Shown here: piece by piece, positions 1 to 11,398 of the stretch
How the letters are laid out: each line of letters starts with the position of its first letter
Position numbering within the stretch: position 1 is the stretch's first letter
Source: Saprolegnia diclina VS20
Taxonomy: Eukaryota
NCBI RefSeq assembly: GCF_000281045.1
Contig: NW_008246088.1
Coordinates: 222,974 to 286,973 of the forward strand
Reading direction: 5' to 3'
Length of the DNA stretch: 64,000 nucleotides
The notes under the pieces: generated by a model
Databases searched by the model: none
The model's input: only the letters and a program-made list of their open reading frames with translations
Told to the model about the DNA's origin: nothing
Position numbers and translations under genes: made by a program

Positions 1-1213
1 CCTTCAACGTCTTTGTGCGCAAGCATCACTGCCACCTCGTACGTCACCGCGTCTCGTGCAACACGCTCATGCCACCCAACTATAGTGCGGCCGCCTCATG
101 TGCTCGTCGTGCTTGGAGAGCGTCGACATTGACAAGGACGAGAACCGGCGGTCCAGCACCTACGGCTTTCGCGCCACGGCCCTCTCCACCATGCGGTCGC
201 AAGCACCCACAGCCGGCCCGCGCCTCCGCGCCAAGCTCTGTGTCGACTGCTGCACGTCATACATGCAGGAGCACATGTACAGCGAAGTCGCGCGCACCGT
301 GGCTCTCAAAGCCAGCTACACGGTGCACGAGGCGCCCATGAAGCTGCCGCGGGCGAGCGAGTCGCAGCGGCCGACGGACCGCGATACGTTCTACTCGACC
401 GTGAGCTTGCCACGGCCATCGACCTCAACGACATGTGCGTCGACACCGTCGAGCAGCAGCGAAGAAGACCGCCGCCTCGACGCACTGCGGTCGCTACACG
501 TGCTTGACACGGCGCCCGCCCAGCTCTTTGACGTCCTCGCCGCGATTGCGGGCGCCACGTACGACTGCCCCATGGCTGGCATCAGCTTTGTCGACGCCGA
601 CCGCGAGTTTTTCAAAGCTGCGATCGGGTTTCCCGGGTGGGATCTCCCGCGGTACCAGTCGCTCGGCGCCCACGCAGTTCGGTGGAAGCAGCCGGTCGTG
701 CTCTGCAACAAGCGCGCGATCAACACGCGCTTCCGTGGGCACCCGTGGCTAAAAGGCCCACTGCACCTCCAGTTTTATGCAAGCGTCCCGCTGCAAACAG
801 CATCCGGCCACGTCGTCGGGTGTGTCTTTGTCATGGACACCCGTCCGCACGCGTCGTTCGAGGACGCCGGGCTCCGCGAAGTCGCTTCGTCGATCCTCGC
901 CAAGCTCGAGCTCAATGACGACGATGACGACGTCAACTCGATCGCTGTGATGCAGTCGGTGCTCAGCGCCATCTCGTCGGTTCGGTCGGATGCGCTCTCG
1001 TCGATGCGCTCGGAGTTGCACTCGGTCGTAGCGACGTCGGTGATTGAGCTCGCGGACGAAGACCGGCTGCCGCCGGCGCCGCGCGAAAGCAGCTCGAGCG
1101 ACGCGGCCGCCAGTGACATGCAACGCATGCTCGCGTCCCTCCTCGCGTGCCAGGCGCACACGCAAGCCATCCTCGACGGACACCGCGCCACGTATTTGCA
1201 ACATGTCGCATAG
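1..1213 (+). CDS. FYVE zinc finger + GAF domain protein (paralogue 1; 5' end lies outside the window)
   Basis: Exon ending FNVFVRKHHCHL (to 38), GT-AG intron 39-85, then CGRLMCSSC...LCVDC. GAF motifs EDRRLDALRSLHVLDT, CPMAGISFVDADREFFKA and HPWLKGPLHLQFYASVPL. Stop at 1213. Confidence 0.88.
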
Positions 1214-2174
1214 TCGCCCGCCGTCTAATGCTATTTAACGCACACTCGTTAACAGTGTGAATGGGAGACGCCGTACTACTAGTTGGTAGCGACAAGGTGT
1301 CTGTCTTGCCGTTGCTGGCGACATGCGAACGCGTCATCTCTCGCCTGAGGCCACCGACATGACACGCCAGACGCCTCACCTGGCAACGACGTTTCGGCGA
1401 TGGATGGCAGCGTCGTCACGGTTCCTTTGCACCCAGCACCGTGTTGCTGACGAGGCACCTTGGGTGGACGACTCGACCACAGCCATCGACGCCACTCGTA
1501 GCGCCACGCCACTTTGCACTAATACGGAAGCTCCGACGGCAGAGCGCCATGGGCTCGAAAGCGACTGATACAGTAGAGTCGTGTGCCAATACTTTGTCGA
1601 GCTCGTTTAGTTCGTACCTTGACGGCGACGACGAAGACCAACTACAGACTGTAATGTACTTCATTACACAGTACTGTACCAAGTCTAGTCGACACCTACA
1701 CTGTACTATGAGCGCACGGCGATGCGACGCAAGGTGATAGCATGTGGCGTTGGCCGCACGTCTGCAACGACTGTCGTGTATGATTCGCTACTGGGTGGTG
1801 CCACTAATGCTCGTGGTTGATCGCTCGCGGCTGTGCCTGGTCTGCAGCTGGTATTGCCAATCGTGTCTGACCGACGCAAGCTTGATGCGACGCAGAGCTT
1901 GCGGTTGAACGAAGGGTGCCATGCTTCCAACGTGGGTGTTGATGCGTCGACCGTGGTGTTGGCAGCACAGGGCCAACGTAGACGGAGCTGCTCGAGTCAG
2001 ATAGGGGTTGGGGCGTTGTGCCTCAGGAAAGGGCAAGGCGTGCGTCCAGTGTGATGGCCACCCACTTGACAGCAGATCCAACGCGGCCGTGGTAACTCGC
2101 GCGCCCAACACTTGTCGACAGCTGCGACGACGTCTCGCGTCAGTGGTGCATTTACCAATCGTACCCAACTACAT

Positions 2175-3259
2175 ATGAGCGGCATCACGATCTGTCGGCC
2201 GCGCCGGTATGGCGCGTGGGCCGTCGACAGCAGCACGTGGGCGCGCCTGAGTACGAAGGACCACCTCCACGACACGGCGAGTGCCGTCGACTGCCGCGCC
2301 TGCCAGAACCTCTTTACATGCTTCCGTCGCAAGCGTCACTGCCGCCACGTACGTTCCATCCAACTCTATGTGGGAAGACTCATCGCATATTCTAGTGTGG
2401 CTCGGTCGTCTGTCGCGCCTGCCTCGAGATCGTTGATGTCCACGAGACTGCGGACGACAAGCGCCGCCGCCGCACAGTGCAGATCTGCATTGAATGCTGC
2501 GTGCGCCACGTCATTGAAACGCTGCCCGCCAAGTCGGCCCGCGGGTCCAGCGAGCGCGCAACGCTATCGCGCAGCCACACGCCGCTGCAGCCGCCGACGC
2601 GCCGGCGACCCAAAGCCACAAGTCGTCGTCTGGAGGTCGTCTCCGAAACGGTGGCCGACACGGCGCGGTTGGACGACGTCTGCAAGGCCGCGGCCGCCGC
2701 CTACAACTGCCCCATGGCCGGCGTGAGTCTAATCGACGTCGACACTGAGCGCGTCATCGCCGCCCATGGGTTCGTCTCGGCGCCGGTGCCCCGCGCGACG
2801 GCCTTTGGCGCCCAAGTTTTGGAGAGCGCGTCGCCGGTTGTCGTTCTCCGCACGGGCGATCGCGACCATCCGTGGTGCGCACCACCGACGTCTGCAACAT
2901 TTTACGCCGGCGTGCCGCTGCACGCGCCGTCGGGCGTCGTCGTCGGCACGCTCTTTGTGCTCGACACCAAGACGCGGACGGCCGCGGTGCGCACAGCGCG
3001 CCTCGAGCAGCTGGCGTGCATGGCGTCGGACGCGCTGCATCCGGATGAAAATGCCACGCTGGTCTCGGTGCCAGTGCTCGAGTCGGTCGTCACGGCCGTG
3101 CTGAGCCCGAGCTCGTCGCCTTGGCCGTCCGTGTCGTCGGCGGCCGCGTCGCCCTCGGCCGTCTTGTCGCCGGACGACATGCACGTGATCCTTTCGTCGC
3201 TTTTACGCGAGCAAGACCGCACGGACGCCATCTTGGCCTCGTTCGTGCACGCGCGGTAG
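2175..3259 (+). CDS. FYVE zinc finger + GAF domain protein (paralogue 2)
   Basis: ATG 2175, CRACQNLFTCFRRKRHCRH, intron 2349-2395, CGSVVCRAC...ICIEC. GAF motifs CPMAGVSLID and FYAGVPLHAPSGVVVGTLFVLDTKTR. Confidence 0.87.
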
Positions 3260-3608
3260 CCGCTCCACGAGTACATAGTCGTCGATGCGTACACTGTAGT
3301 ACTAGTATCATCGTCCGTAGTAGGAAGGACTCTACTTTCCATGTACTAGTGTATTGATACCTTTGCCTGTGCAGATGGTCGCTCGCCTTGCTTTCAGTTG
3401 GACGCTTTTCCTGCAGCTAAATCAGTGAAGAGCTATTGCGCACGAAGGTCCAACGCCACGACAGGCGTCTCGAGACGAATGTGCAGTGAGCAATTCGGCG
3501 TCTCGCAGCGTACGTAGCGCCACGTACTCGGCAAGTCGGTCTGTATCCTTCGGTGAGAAACTAGCTTTCAAAACGAAACCAAGGTCGTTTAGTTGGTATT
3601 GCATCCTA

Positions 3609-6600
3609 CTAAATACGACTGAGCGGAATCGCCCAGCTCAGGCGTTCGTGGGTCCCGTTGGACGTGAGCCGTCGGTCGAGCTCCATGGCACCGATCGAGA
3701 AGCCCCGCCACGACTTGATGTCGAGGACGTACAAGCGTCGTCGCCACTCGATCGCGATGACACCGGCCATGAACGCCGACGTCTTGTCGAGGAAAAACTC
3801 GCCGTGGACGACCCAGTCGGTCATGTCGAGCATGTAGAAGCTCTGGGCGTTGAGGAGCTGGGTCGGGATCGCCAAGGCGACGAGGCGCGGTCGATACAGC
3901 CGCTCGATGCTGTAGCACCCGACGACGCTACCAATGCAAATGAGCGCCGTGAGGCCGACGCGCGAGGCGTTGCCAATCTCGACGTAGCCGCTCGCACAAT
4001 GTAGGGCTGTGTCCATATCGACAAACTCGCAGTGGCGGTCGAGGAGAGCAGTGTACGCTTGCGGCGACGCGGCGGTCCAGACGGCGACAACCACCCACGC
4101 AAGGAACGAGCTCTTCATCGCATAGTAGGACGTGTACGGGCCCGTGACGCAGCTCAAGAGGTCGTTGAGCACGTAGACAAGCCACGTGCTCTCGGCGCTC
4201 GCAACGACCAGCTTGTACCACGGCAAGCTCGGCACCGAGAACCACGTCCCGCATCCGATGCGACGGAGCGTGAGCGTGCTCGTGTTGAGGAGCCATATGG
4301 CCGTGATCGCACGGACGACGAGGAAGAGCCGGCCGATCCAAACGTGGCCGACGATCCGGTTGAGCTCAAAGAGGTTGAGCCTCTCGACATGTCCACGCTG
4401 CGCGATGGTGCTGAGCGCGACGCATGCCGCGACGCAGAGAAGGACGGTGGTGATGTACTGGACGCAGCACTGGAAGAGGTACGAGAGCGAGTGCGGGATC
4501 TCCGATGCATCTGGTGCGAAGACGAGCGGGTGCGACCGGCTCGAGATCGCAGTGATCACGCCATGGTCGCCCTCGAACGCAACCACATCTCGTAGGCCGA
4601 CGATCCATTCGTACAAGTAGCACCACCCAAAGAAACTCCAGCCGTTGTCGGACGCCTGAAGGAGTGGAATCGAAGTGAGCTCGACCAAGCTAGCGTTGAG
4701 AAGATAGAGCACGACGGACGGGGCGACCGTTGCGGCGGTGGCCGCAGCGACGCTCGCCGCGTGGATCGAGAGATTGTACGTCATTGCAAAGGCGGCAATA
4801 GCACGATAGTCCGTAGCGCACGTACTGCTTGCGTAAATATCGAGCGCGCACACTGCTTCGTAGTTGGTGGGGGGGCTTGAGAGTACGGCGAGGAGCAGCT
4901 GCAGCCGCGTCGGAAACATGTACTCATTGTAGTATGAATGGCACATGCTCGCCATGCCAAAGTACGTGTTCCAGCCGAATGCGACTGCATTGGGCGGGAC
5001 GTCGTCGCCGCAAAGGAGGTTGCTCCCGATCGTCCATCGGTGACCGTACGCCGCCGGTAGCGCTCCCATGCTAGCAGCGACCCGGAGCTCGAAAAAGGCA
5101 GCTTGCGCCGACGCATTGTGATACAAAAGCGCTGAGAGGGCGTTGGCGAGGCCCGTGTACACGCTGAGGAGCGCGTTGGGGACGGGCACGAACGTCATAT
5201 CGACTGCGTTGAAGGGCCCGACCGCGGCTCGGAGCGAGGTCAAGCCGGCCGAGAGCGGCGCTGACAGAAACGACCCGTTCGAGATGAGAAGGTGCTCGCT
5301 GGATACATTGCTGTAGGCAAAGCGAGGGCTCGAGGCGAGGAGGCTCAAACCACCGACGCCGGAGGAGTTGCACGTGGCGGCCCAAAGGTCGCTCGCAAAT
5401 GCCCAGTACATTTTGCGTGACGTTTCTTGACTCAAGTGCGTTGAGCCTGCGCGCGCACTGAGGCGTACGGGGTACGATGCCCCCAGCGCCGTGCGGATCT
5501 GGATCGAGTCCAAGAGACCGACCGACTTGTAGTTTTGCCACTGCAACACAAATGTGGTGAGGCCATGCGCGGCCCAGAATTTGGTTTCGTCGGCGATCGA
5601 AATCGAGTGCGCTTGCATGGTCGCATTGAGCCACATCTGGCCATGCATTGTGCTGGCGACATCGCGCGCAATTCCAACCTCAAACGCATCGCCCCAGCAG
5701 CGGTCCCAGACGGCCCAGTCGAGAATGTTGCGCAGCGCGCTCTCCAGATACCTCGCGCCGTTCGATCGATGCGCTACGCAGCGCGCTTGCCGTGCGGCTG
5801 TCGATGCCATTGGCCACGTTTGGCTCCAGTCGAGCCAGCAGTACTGCGTGAACATCCACGGCAGCATGCACGGATCCATCGCCCGCAGGCCCAAGATGAT
5901 CTCGTCCAGCGGCGGGTTTGGCTGGTAGAGCTGTCGGCGCGCCATCGCATCCGGCCACAGCACATTTGTCTCTGACGTGTTGTACGACTGCTGCCAATCG
6001 CCCATATCGGGAGCGTCAAGGATGAGGCTTGTCGTCATGTTCGTAGCGAGGAAGAGCTGCACGTTGAAGAGGTTGGCCACAAACGACCGCGCGCCCGTCG
6101 CGTTGTAGTCGACCCACCCATAGTCGTTCGCCAAATACTCTTGGGTGACGCCCAAGTAAAAGTAATTGCCGTAGAGCGAGCAGAGCAAGTACGAGAACCC
6201 GCCGACGAGCGTGATCTTGTGCAGCGTGCGGTGCACACGCCGCGTCCACGTGATCGTACCTCGGCGTGGCGACGCGGCTGCTTTGGTCGAGAGCGCAATG
6301 CAGTGGGGAAGATCGACTGCCCCGACGTGGCGACGCACGTCGTCGGCGCGCACGGGCAGCCACAGCTTTGTGTCAAAGAGCAGTCTGGGGCGGGAAAAGT
6401 GCAAGATGCCACAGAGCGCGAGCGTGGCGTCGTTGAGCCGTACACCGGTCGGCGCGCTCTGGGGATATCGATGGAACGCCACCGCCGCCGGTGGCAGGAG
6501 CAAGTTGGGTATCACCGCGAGGACCGGGCCGGGCTTTTGGTACGCATGCGCCAGCAGCAGACATACACCGACGGAAATGATGTTGAGACCGAGAATGGCG

Positions 6601-8876
6601 GCCGACCACGCCAGCGACCGAGTTGACGCGTGCCCTGAGGTGCAGTAGATCATATAGTCCATCTCGACGCTGTAGCACGACCGAGAAATGCTCGCGCTTG
6701 TCGGAATCGAACCCACAACGTCGAGGCCTGCGATAAGGAGAAACGCCAGCACCGAGCTCGGCGGCGCATAATGCGGCGTGAGGTTGCCGACAAGCGGATG
6801 TAAGAGCTCGTGCAAAACATACGTGAGCCACGTGGTCTCGCCGGCGAGGAGGCACGAGGCGACCACCGAGCGTCGCGCCGTCGAAAAGTGCACCCAGTCG
6901 TAGCTCGTCGTCGTCGGAACGATGGGGGCGGTTGAGAGGCAAATGAGCGCGACCAGCGTCCGGAGCAGAAGCAGCCCTCGGTTCAGCCACACGGTGGAGG
7001 CGATGCGGTTGAAGACAAACCAGTGACTGCCCGCGGGCCGCCCCGAGACCACGTGAACGACAGCGATGAGCAGCGCGACACCGCCGAGGAGGCTGCTCGA
7101 CACGAGCATGCATATGCGCAAGTACGCGGCCCAGCTCACAACGAGCGACGCACCGAGCTGGCTTGGTACGGGCGGATAGTAGAACGACATGACGTCAAAG
7201 CGGTCGACGTCGCCTTCGACTTGCAACACCGTGCGCATGTTCATCGCCCAGTCGTAGAGCGCGGCCCAGCCAAAGAACGCCCACGCGCCGTCCGCGAGCA
7301 GCGGTTGCTGCGCTAAGAACACTGTCGTATTGGCATTCGTGGTTGCGACATACTGCAGAAAGAGGAGGTGCGCAAGCTCGTCGGTCGCATTGGGTAGTAA
7401 CAACGTGTCGTTGGACGGTGCGAGCCGCGCGTAGCTGGCAGCGATCGCGTCCAGCATCGTCTCGCAGCGTGGGGCGTCGCGCAGTAGCGCGCATGGTTGC
7501 TGTACGGATCCACCGAGCATCGTATAGGCAAAGAGCCCACTGAAGCTAGTCAGCGTCGTTGAAAATGGGTTTTGGCTTGCGCACGCGTCGCTAAACCCCC
7601 ACGACTCTTGCGGGTACGGAAGCGCCGAGCCGTACCCGCACATGGGGTTGCCACCGTAAAAAATGAAATCCGGGTCATTCCAGCGCGGCGGCGTCGGGTG
7701 CAGCACCGTCGTGTCGATGCTGGCAAAGATCGTCGCGAGTGCCATATCGGCCTGAACACTCTGGAGGATGTGGGCGCGGAAGCGTTGGACGCTCTTGCGC
7801 AAGGTGGCCGGGACAGGCACCCAAAGCAGGTCGATAGTACCGAGCGACCCGATCGAACGGTGCACAACGTCGTAGAGAAGACTGAGCGGAAGGCCGACGG
7901 CAAACGCCTCGATGAGCGAGACATTGTTGGCTTCGAAAAAGGCCGGCGCGCTCCGAATCAGACTCAAGTTCGTGCTCTCGAGCGCGTTGAAGTCATATTG
8001 CAGCGCCATGTTCATGTAGTTGGAGGTCACGAGTGCGTTGCGGACACTTGCCGGTATCGATTTGATCGCCAAGGTACCTAGCGAGCCAAAGACGGACGTC
8101 CCGATGCTCAATGTCTCTTGGATCCCGATCTGGTTGCGGTTCGACCACTGGAGCTTAAAATGCGTCAGATTGTGCGCATGCCAAAATGCGATTTCATCGG
8201 GGACCGACACGAGTACGTGGCGGCGCGTGGCATCGACCCAGTCGGCGCCGCCTGGAAGCGCGGCCATGCCGTTGGCGATGTACAGCTCAAAGCTCGTCGC
8301 GGCAAGCGCCAGCCACGCGTGCATATCAATGTTGCGCAGCACCGTCTCCAAGTGGACGGCGCCGTTGGCCGTCCAGAACTCGTCACAGCGCTGCTGACGT
8401 CGCGCCGTGTGCGCCATTTCCCAGCGCCGATCGACGTCGGCCCAGCAATACTGCGGACTCACATACGCCACGTTCCCGGCCGAGACGCGTCGCAAACCGG
8501 CAATAGCCTCGCCAACGTCCGTGAGCTCTTCGTACATGATGCGCCGCGGGTACGCGGCGTTGATGCCAACCATGTCGAGCGGCGAGAGCGCCAACGCGGC
8601 GTCCGTGAGCTCGATGCCGCTGGCGACGTTCGTGAGCGTGAGCTGGAGGTTGTACACGGCCGCGAGCACGGTCGAGATGTTTTTTGGCTGGAATTCGGGC
8701 CAGAACGAGTCGCTTTGGAGGTACGGCTCGGCGAGGAACACGCTTGCAAAGCTCAGCGCGACCGAGCAGCCGACGTAGAAAAGACCGGCGGCGTCGTACC
8801 AGCGCGCCTCACATGGCATGTCCGATTCAGTACTTTGCGCTACATCGCTTGGTGCGACAGCGACGAGGTGACGCAT
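3609..8876 (-). CDS. Large multi-pass membrane protein with two homologous halves (oomycete/Saprolegniales-type family, function unknown)
   Basis: 1755-aa single ORF with many hydrophobic helices. Duplicated motifs QYCWADVDRRWEMAHTARRQQRC / QYCWLDWSQTWPMASTAARQARC and FVFNRIASTVW / FELNRIVGHVW. Confidence 0.85.
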   Translation of the reverse strand: MRHLVAVAPSDVAQSTESDMPCEARWYDAAGLFYVGCSVALSFASVFLAEPYLQSDSFWPEFQPKNISTVLAAVYNLQLTLTNVASGIELTDAALALSPLDMVGINAAYPRRIMYEELTDVGEAIAGLRRVSAGNVAYVSPQYCWADVDRRWEMAHTARRQQRCDEFWTANGAVHLETVLRNIDMHAWLALAATSFELYIANGMAALPGGADWVDATRRHVLVSVPDEIAFWHAHNLTHFKLQWSNRNQIGIQETLSIGTSVFGSLGTLAIKSIPASVRNALVTSNYMNMALQYDFNALESTNLSLIRSAPAFFEANNVSLIEAFAVGLPLSLLYDVVHRSIGSLGTIDLLWVPVPATLRKSVQRFRAHILQSVQADMALATIFASIDTTVLHPTPPRWNDPDFIFYGGNPMCGYGSALPYPQESWGFSDACASQNPFSTTLTSFSGLFAYTMLGGSVQQPCALLRDAPRCETMLDAIAASYARLAPSNDTLLLPNATDELAHLLFLQYVATTNANTTVFLAQQPLLADGAWAFFGWAALYDWAMNMRTVLQVEGDVDRFDVMSFYYPPVPSQLGASLVVSWAAYLRICMLVSSSLLGGVALLIAVVHVVSGRPAGSHWFVFNRIASTVWLNRGLLLLRTLVALICLSTAPIVPTTTSYDWVHFSTARRSVVASCLLAGETTWLTYVLHELLHPLVGNLTPHYAPPSSVLAFLLIAGLDVVGSIPTSASISRSCYSVEMDYMIYCTSGHASTRSLAWSAAILGLNIISVGVCLLLAHAYQKPGPVLAVIPNLLLPPAAVAFHRYPQSAPTGVRLNDATLALCGILHFSRPRLLFDTKLWLPVRADDVRRHVGAVDLPHCIALSTKAAASPRRGTITWTRRVHRTLHKITLVGGFSYLLCSLYGNYFYLGVTQEYLANDYGWVDYNATGARSFVANLFNVQLFLATNMTTSLILDAPDMGDWQQSYNTSETNVLWPDAMARRQLYQPNPPLDEIILGLRAMDPCMLPWMFTQYCWLDWSQTWPMASTAARQARCVAHRSNGARYLESALRNILDWAVWDRCWGDAFEVGIARDVASTMHGQMWLNATMQAHSISIADETKFWAAHGLTTFVLQWQNYKSVGLLDSIQIRTALGASYPVRLSARAGSTHLSQETSRKMYWAFASDLWAATCNSSGVGGLSLLASSPRFAYSNVSSEHLLISNGSFLSAPLSAGLTSLRAAVGPFNAVDMTFVPVPNALLSVYTGLANALSALLYHNASAQAAFFELRVAASMGALPAAYGHRWTIGSNLLCGDDVPPNAVAFGWNTYFGMASMCHSYYNEYMFPTRLQLLLAVLSSPPTNYEAVCALDIYASSTCATDYRAIAAFAMTYNLSIHAASVAAATAATVAPSVVLYLLNASLVELTSIPLLQASDNGWSFFGWCYLYEWIVGLRDVVAFEGDHGVITAISSRSHPLVFAPDASEIPHSLSYLFQCCVQYITTVLLCVAACVALSTIAQRGHVERLNLFELNRIVGHVWIGRLFLVVRAITAIWLLNTSTLTLRRIGCGTWFSVPSLPWYKLVVASAESTWLVYVLNDLLSCVTGPYTSYYAMKSSFLAWVVVAVWTAASPQAYTALLDRHCEFVDMDTALHCASGYVEIGNASRVGLTALICIGSVVGCYSIERLYRPRLVALAIPTQLLNAQSFYMLDMTDWVVHGEFFLDKTSAFMAGVIAIEWRRRLYVLDIKSWRGFSIGAMELDRRLTSNGTHERLSWAIPLSRI

Positions 8877-9401
8877 CGCTCAAAGAAGCACAAATGCGAC
8901 GGACCGAAACGCTGCTCCAACTATAGCAAGACGCGTCCTGAAACCGGTGCTGTCCTGGCCTGTCGCGATCCGCAAAACGTGACACCAACCTGTTATGCAC
9001 TTGAATGCGCCACGTTAAGACGATGCGTCATGGGACGTCTATCACTGCCGATAGCGGCGAGAAGTACGAATTCGACTAGAGTCACACGCCTCCTACTCGA
9101 TGCAGGCCAGGACAACCAGCGTCCTTTCTTGCTCGAGACTGAAGCTATACATGTCATTTCGCCCGTCATTCTAGCGCGTCCGAATCTGCGCGTGGAGCAA
9201 TGCGGAGATCCAAGTGGCGTCCGTAGGCCATGACTGCTCGTGCCCTTCGAAGCGCGCCCTTCCGAGAGAGTAGAGAAGCTGGCCGTGGACACAGCCCAGT
9301 GTCATACGCTGGGTTTGAGAAAAATGGAAAACCTCTATAAACGCATACTTGGAGTTTGTATCGAAGCGCTCGCATTTCAATACTTGTAGCAAGGCCGAAG
9401 C

Positions 9402-10809
9402 ATGTCATCGTCGTCGGACATGACGTCCATCATTGCGGCCGTCGCCGTGCCGATCGTCGTGCTCCTCTTCATCGCTCTTCTCTTGAGCAAGTCCATCTAC
9501 GTCGTCCAGCAGGCCGAAGGTGCGTTGATCCTCCGCCACCGAATGGGCCTGACATGGGCGTAGGCATTGTCATTGAGCGCTTTGGCCGCGTCCAGGGCGT
9601 CCTCGACTCGGGCATCCACTTTGTCGTACGAGCCTCTCGACACAACGATCATCCTGGCATACGCGTCTTAGATCCCATTCATCGACTCGCCCCGGAGCTT
9701 CTCGTGGAAGCGCGTCGTCAAGTCCAACGGCCGCATGGAGTCGCACGAGTACGACGCCTGCATCGTCCTGCGCGCCGCTCACCGCATATTGTGTAGCACG
9801 CAAAACTACCGCATCGACCTGCGCGAAAGCATCTTCAGCTTCCCGAGCCAAGAGGTATACCCTAATGCGTGCCAAGTTCTCAGCACTGGTATAAGGTGTA
9901 CACGCGGGACACGATCCTCCTCGACATCAACTCGATCATGTTCTTTCGCATCGTCGACATCAAAAAGGTATAGGCATTGTCGGTATGAACGATGCTGACA
10001 AGAAGACGCTAGGCCGTGTACGAGGTCGACGATCTCAACACGGCGATCGCGAACGTCGCGCAGACGCAGCTGAAGGAGGTCTTTGGCAACATGACGTTCA
10101 CCGAGGCGCTTGCGTCCCAGAGCGTCATCAACGCCCACATCCAGCGCAGCTTTGGCGAGCGCTTTGCGCAGTGGGGGCTTGTGGTACGAAATTTAACTAT
10201 CGCAAGTGGGACGACCGTTTTGATCTATCGAAAATGCTGCTAGGTCGAGCGCATGGAGGTGCTCGACATGCTCCCCAAGGCCGGCACGACCATTTCGAAC
10301 GCGATGAAGCGCCAGATGATTGCCGAGCGCACGCGCCGCGCCGAGTTTATCATTGCCGAGGTCCGTAGTTGGTCGGCGCTTCGAACCCGCCTCATGTATT
10401 CTGGTTGATGGCAGGGCAAGAAGGCCGCCATGCGTCTCATTTCCGAGGGCACCAAGCTCCAAAAGTACAACATGGGTGTCGCCGAGCAAGAAGCCACGCG
10501 CAAGACGTACAACGATGCACGTGGCGTCCGCGAATCTCATGTATCGAATGATGCAGGTCGGAAGGGCAGGCAGGCGCCAAGGTCGAGCTGGCGCGCGCCG
10601 AGTCCAAGTCGCTCGAGCTCATCGCGTCGGCGTTCTCAGCCGACGGCGCGTCGCAGACCGAGTACGTCATTTCGCAGCGCTACATGGAGATGCTCCAGCG
10701 CATGTCCGTGGCGCTCGACAAGAAGACGCTCTACTTTCCGTACGAGACGAGAGGCATGTCGGGGCTCATTGGCGATCTCCGCGGTGTCTACGGCTACTCG
10801 AAAACGGTA
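9402..10809 (+). CDS. SPFH/Band-7 (stomatin-like) membrane protein; multi-exon, 3' end runs into a gap
   Basis: N-terminal TM (IIAAVAVPIVVLLFIALLL), then IVIERFGRVQGVLDSGIHF, IDLRE, VYTRDTILLDINSIMFFRIVD, AVYEVDDLNTAIANVAQTQLKEVFG and MKRQMIAERTRRA, separated by short GT-AG introns. Confidence 0.9.
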
Positions 10810-11398
10810 NNNNNNNNNNNNNNNNNNNNNNNNNNNNNNNNNNNNNNNNNNNNNNNNNNNNNNNNNNNNNNNNNNNNNNNNNNNNNNNNNNNNNNNNNNN
10901 NNNNNNNNNNNNNNNNNNNNNNNNNNNNNNNNNNNNNNNNNNNNNNNNNNNNNNNNNNNNNNNNNNNNNNNNNNNNNNNNNNNNNNNNNNNNNNNNNNNN
11001 NNNNNNNNNNNNNNNNNNNNNNNNNNNNNNNNNNNNNNNNNNNNNNNNNNNNNNNNNNNNNNNNNNNNNNNNNNNNNNNNNNNNNNNNNNNNNNNNNNNN
11101 NNNNNNNNNNNNNNNNNNNNNNNNNNNNNNNNNNNNNNNNNNNNNNNNNNNNNNNNNNNNNNNNNNNNNNNNNNNNNNNNNNNNNNNNNNNNNNNNNNNN
11201 NNNNNNNNNNNNNNNNNNNNNNNNNNNNNNNNNNNNNNNNNNNNNNNNNNNNNNNNNNNNNNNNNNNNNNNNNNNNNNNNNNNNNNNNNNNNNNNNNNNN
11301 NNNNNNNNNNNNNNNNNNNNNNNNNNNNNNNNNNNNNNNNNNNNNNNNNNNNNNNNNNNNNNNNNNNNNNNNNNNNNNNNNNNNNNNNNNNNNNNNNN
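10810..11398. other. Assembly gap (N run)
   Basis: Run of n characters. Confidence 1.
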
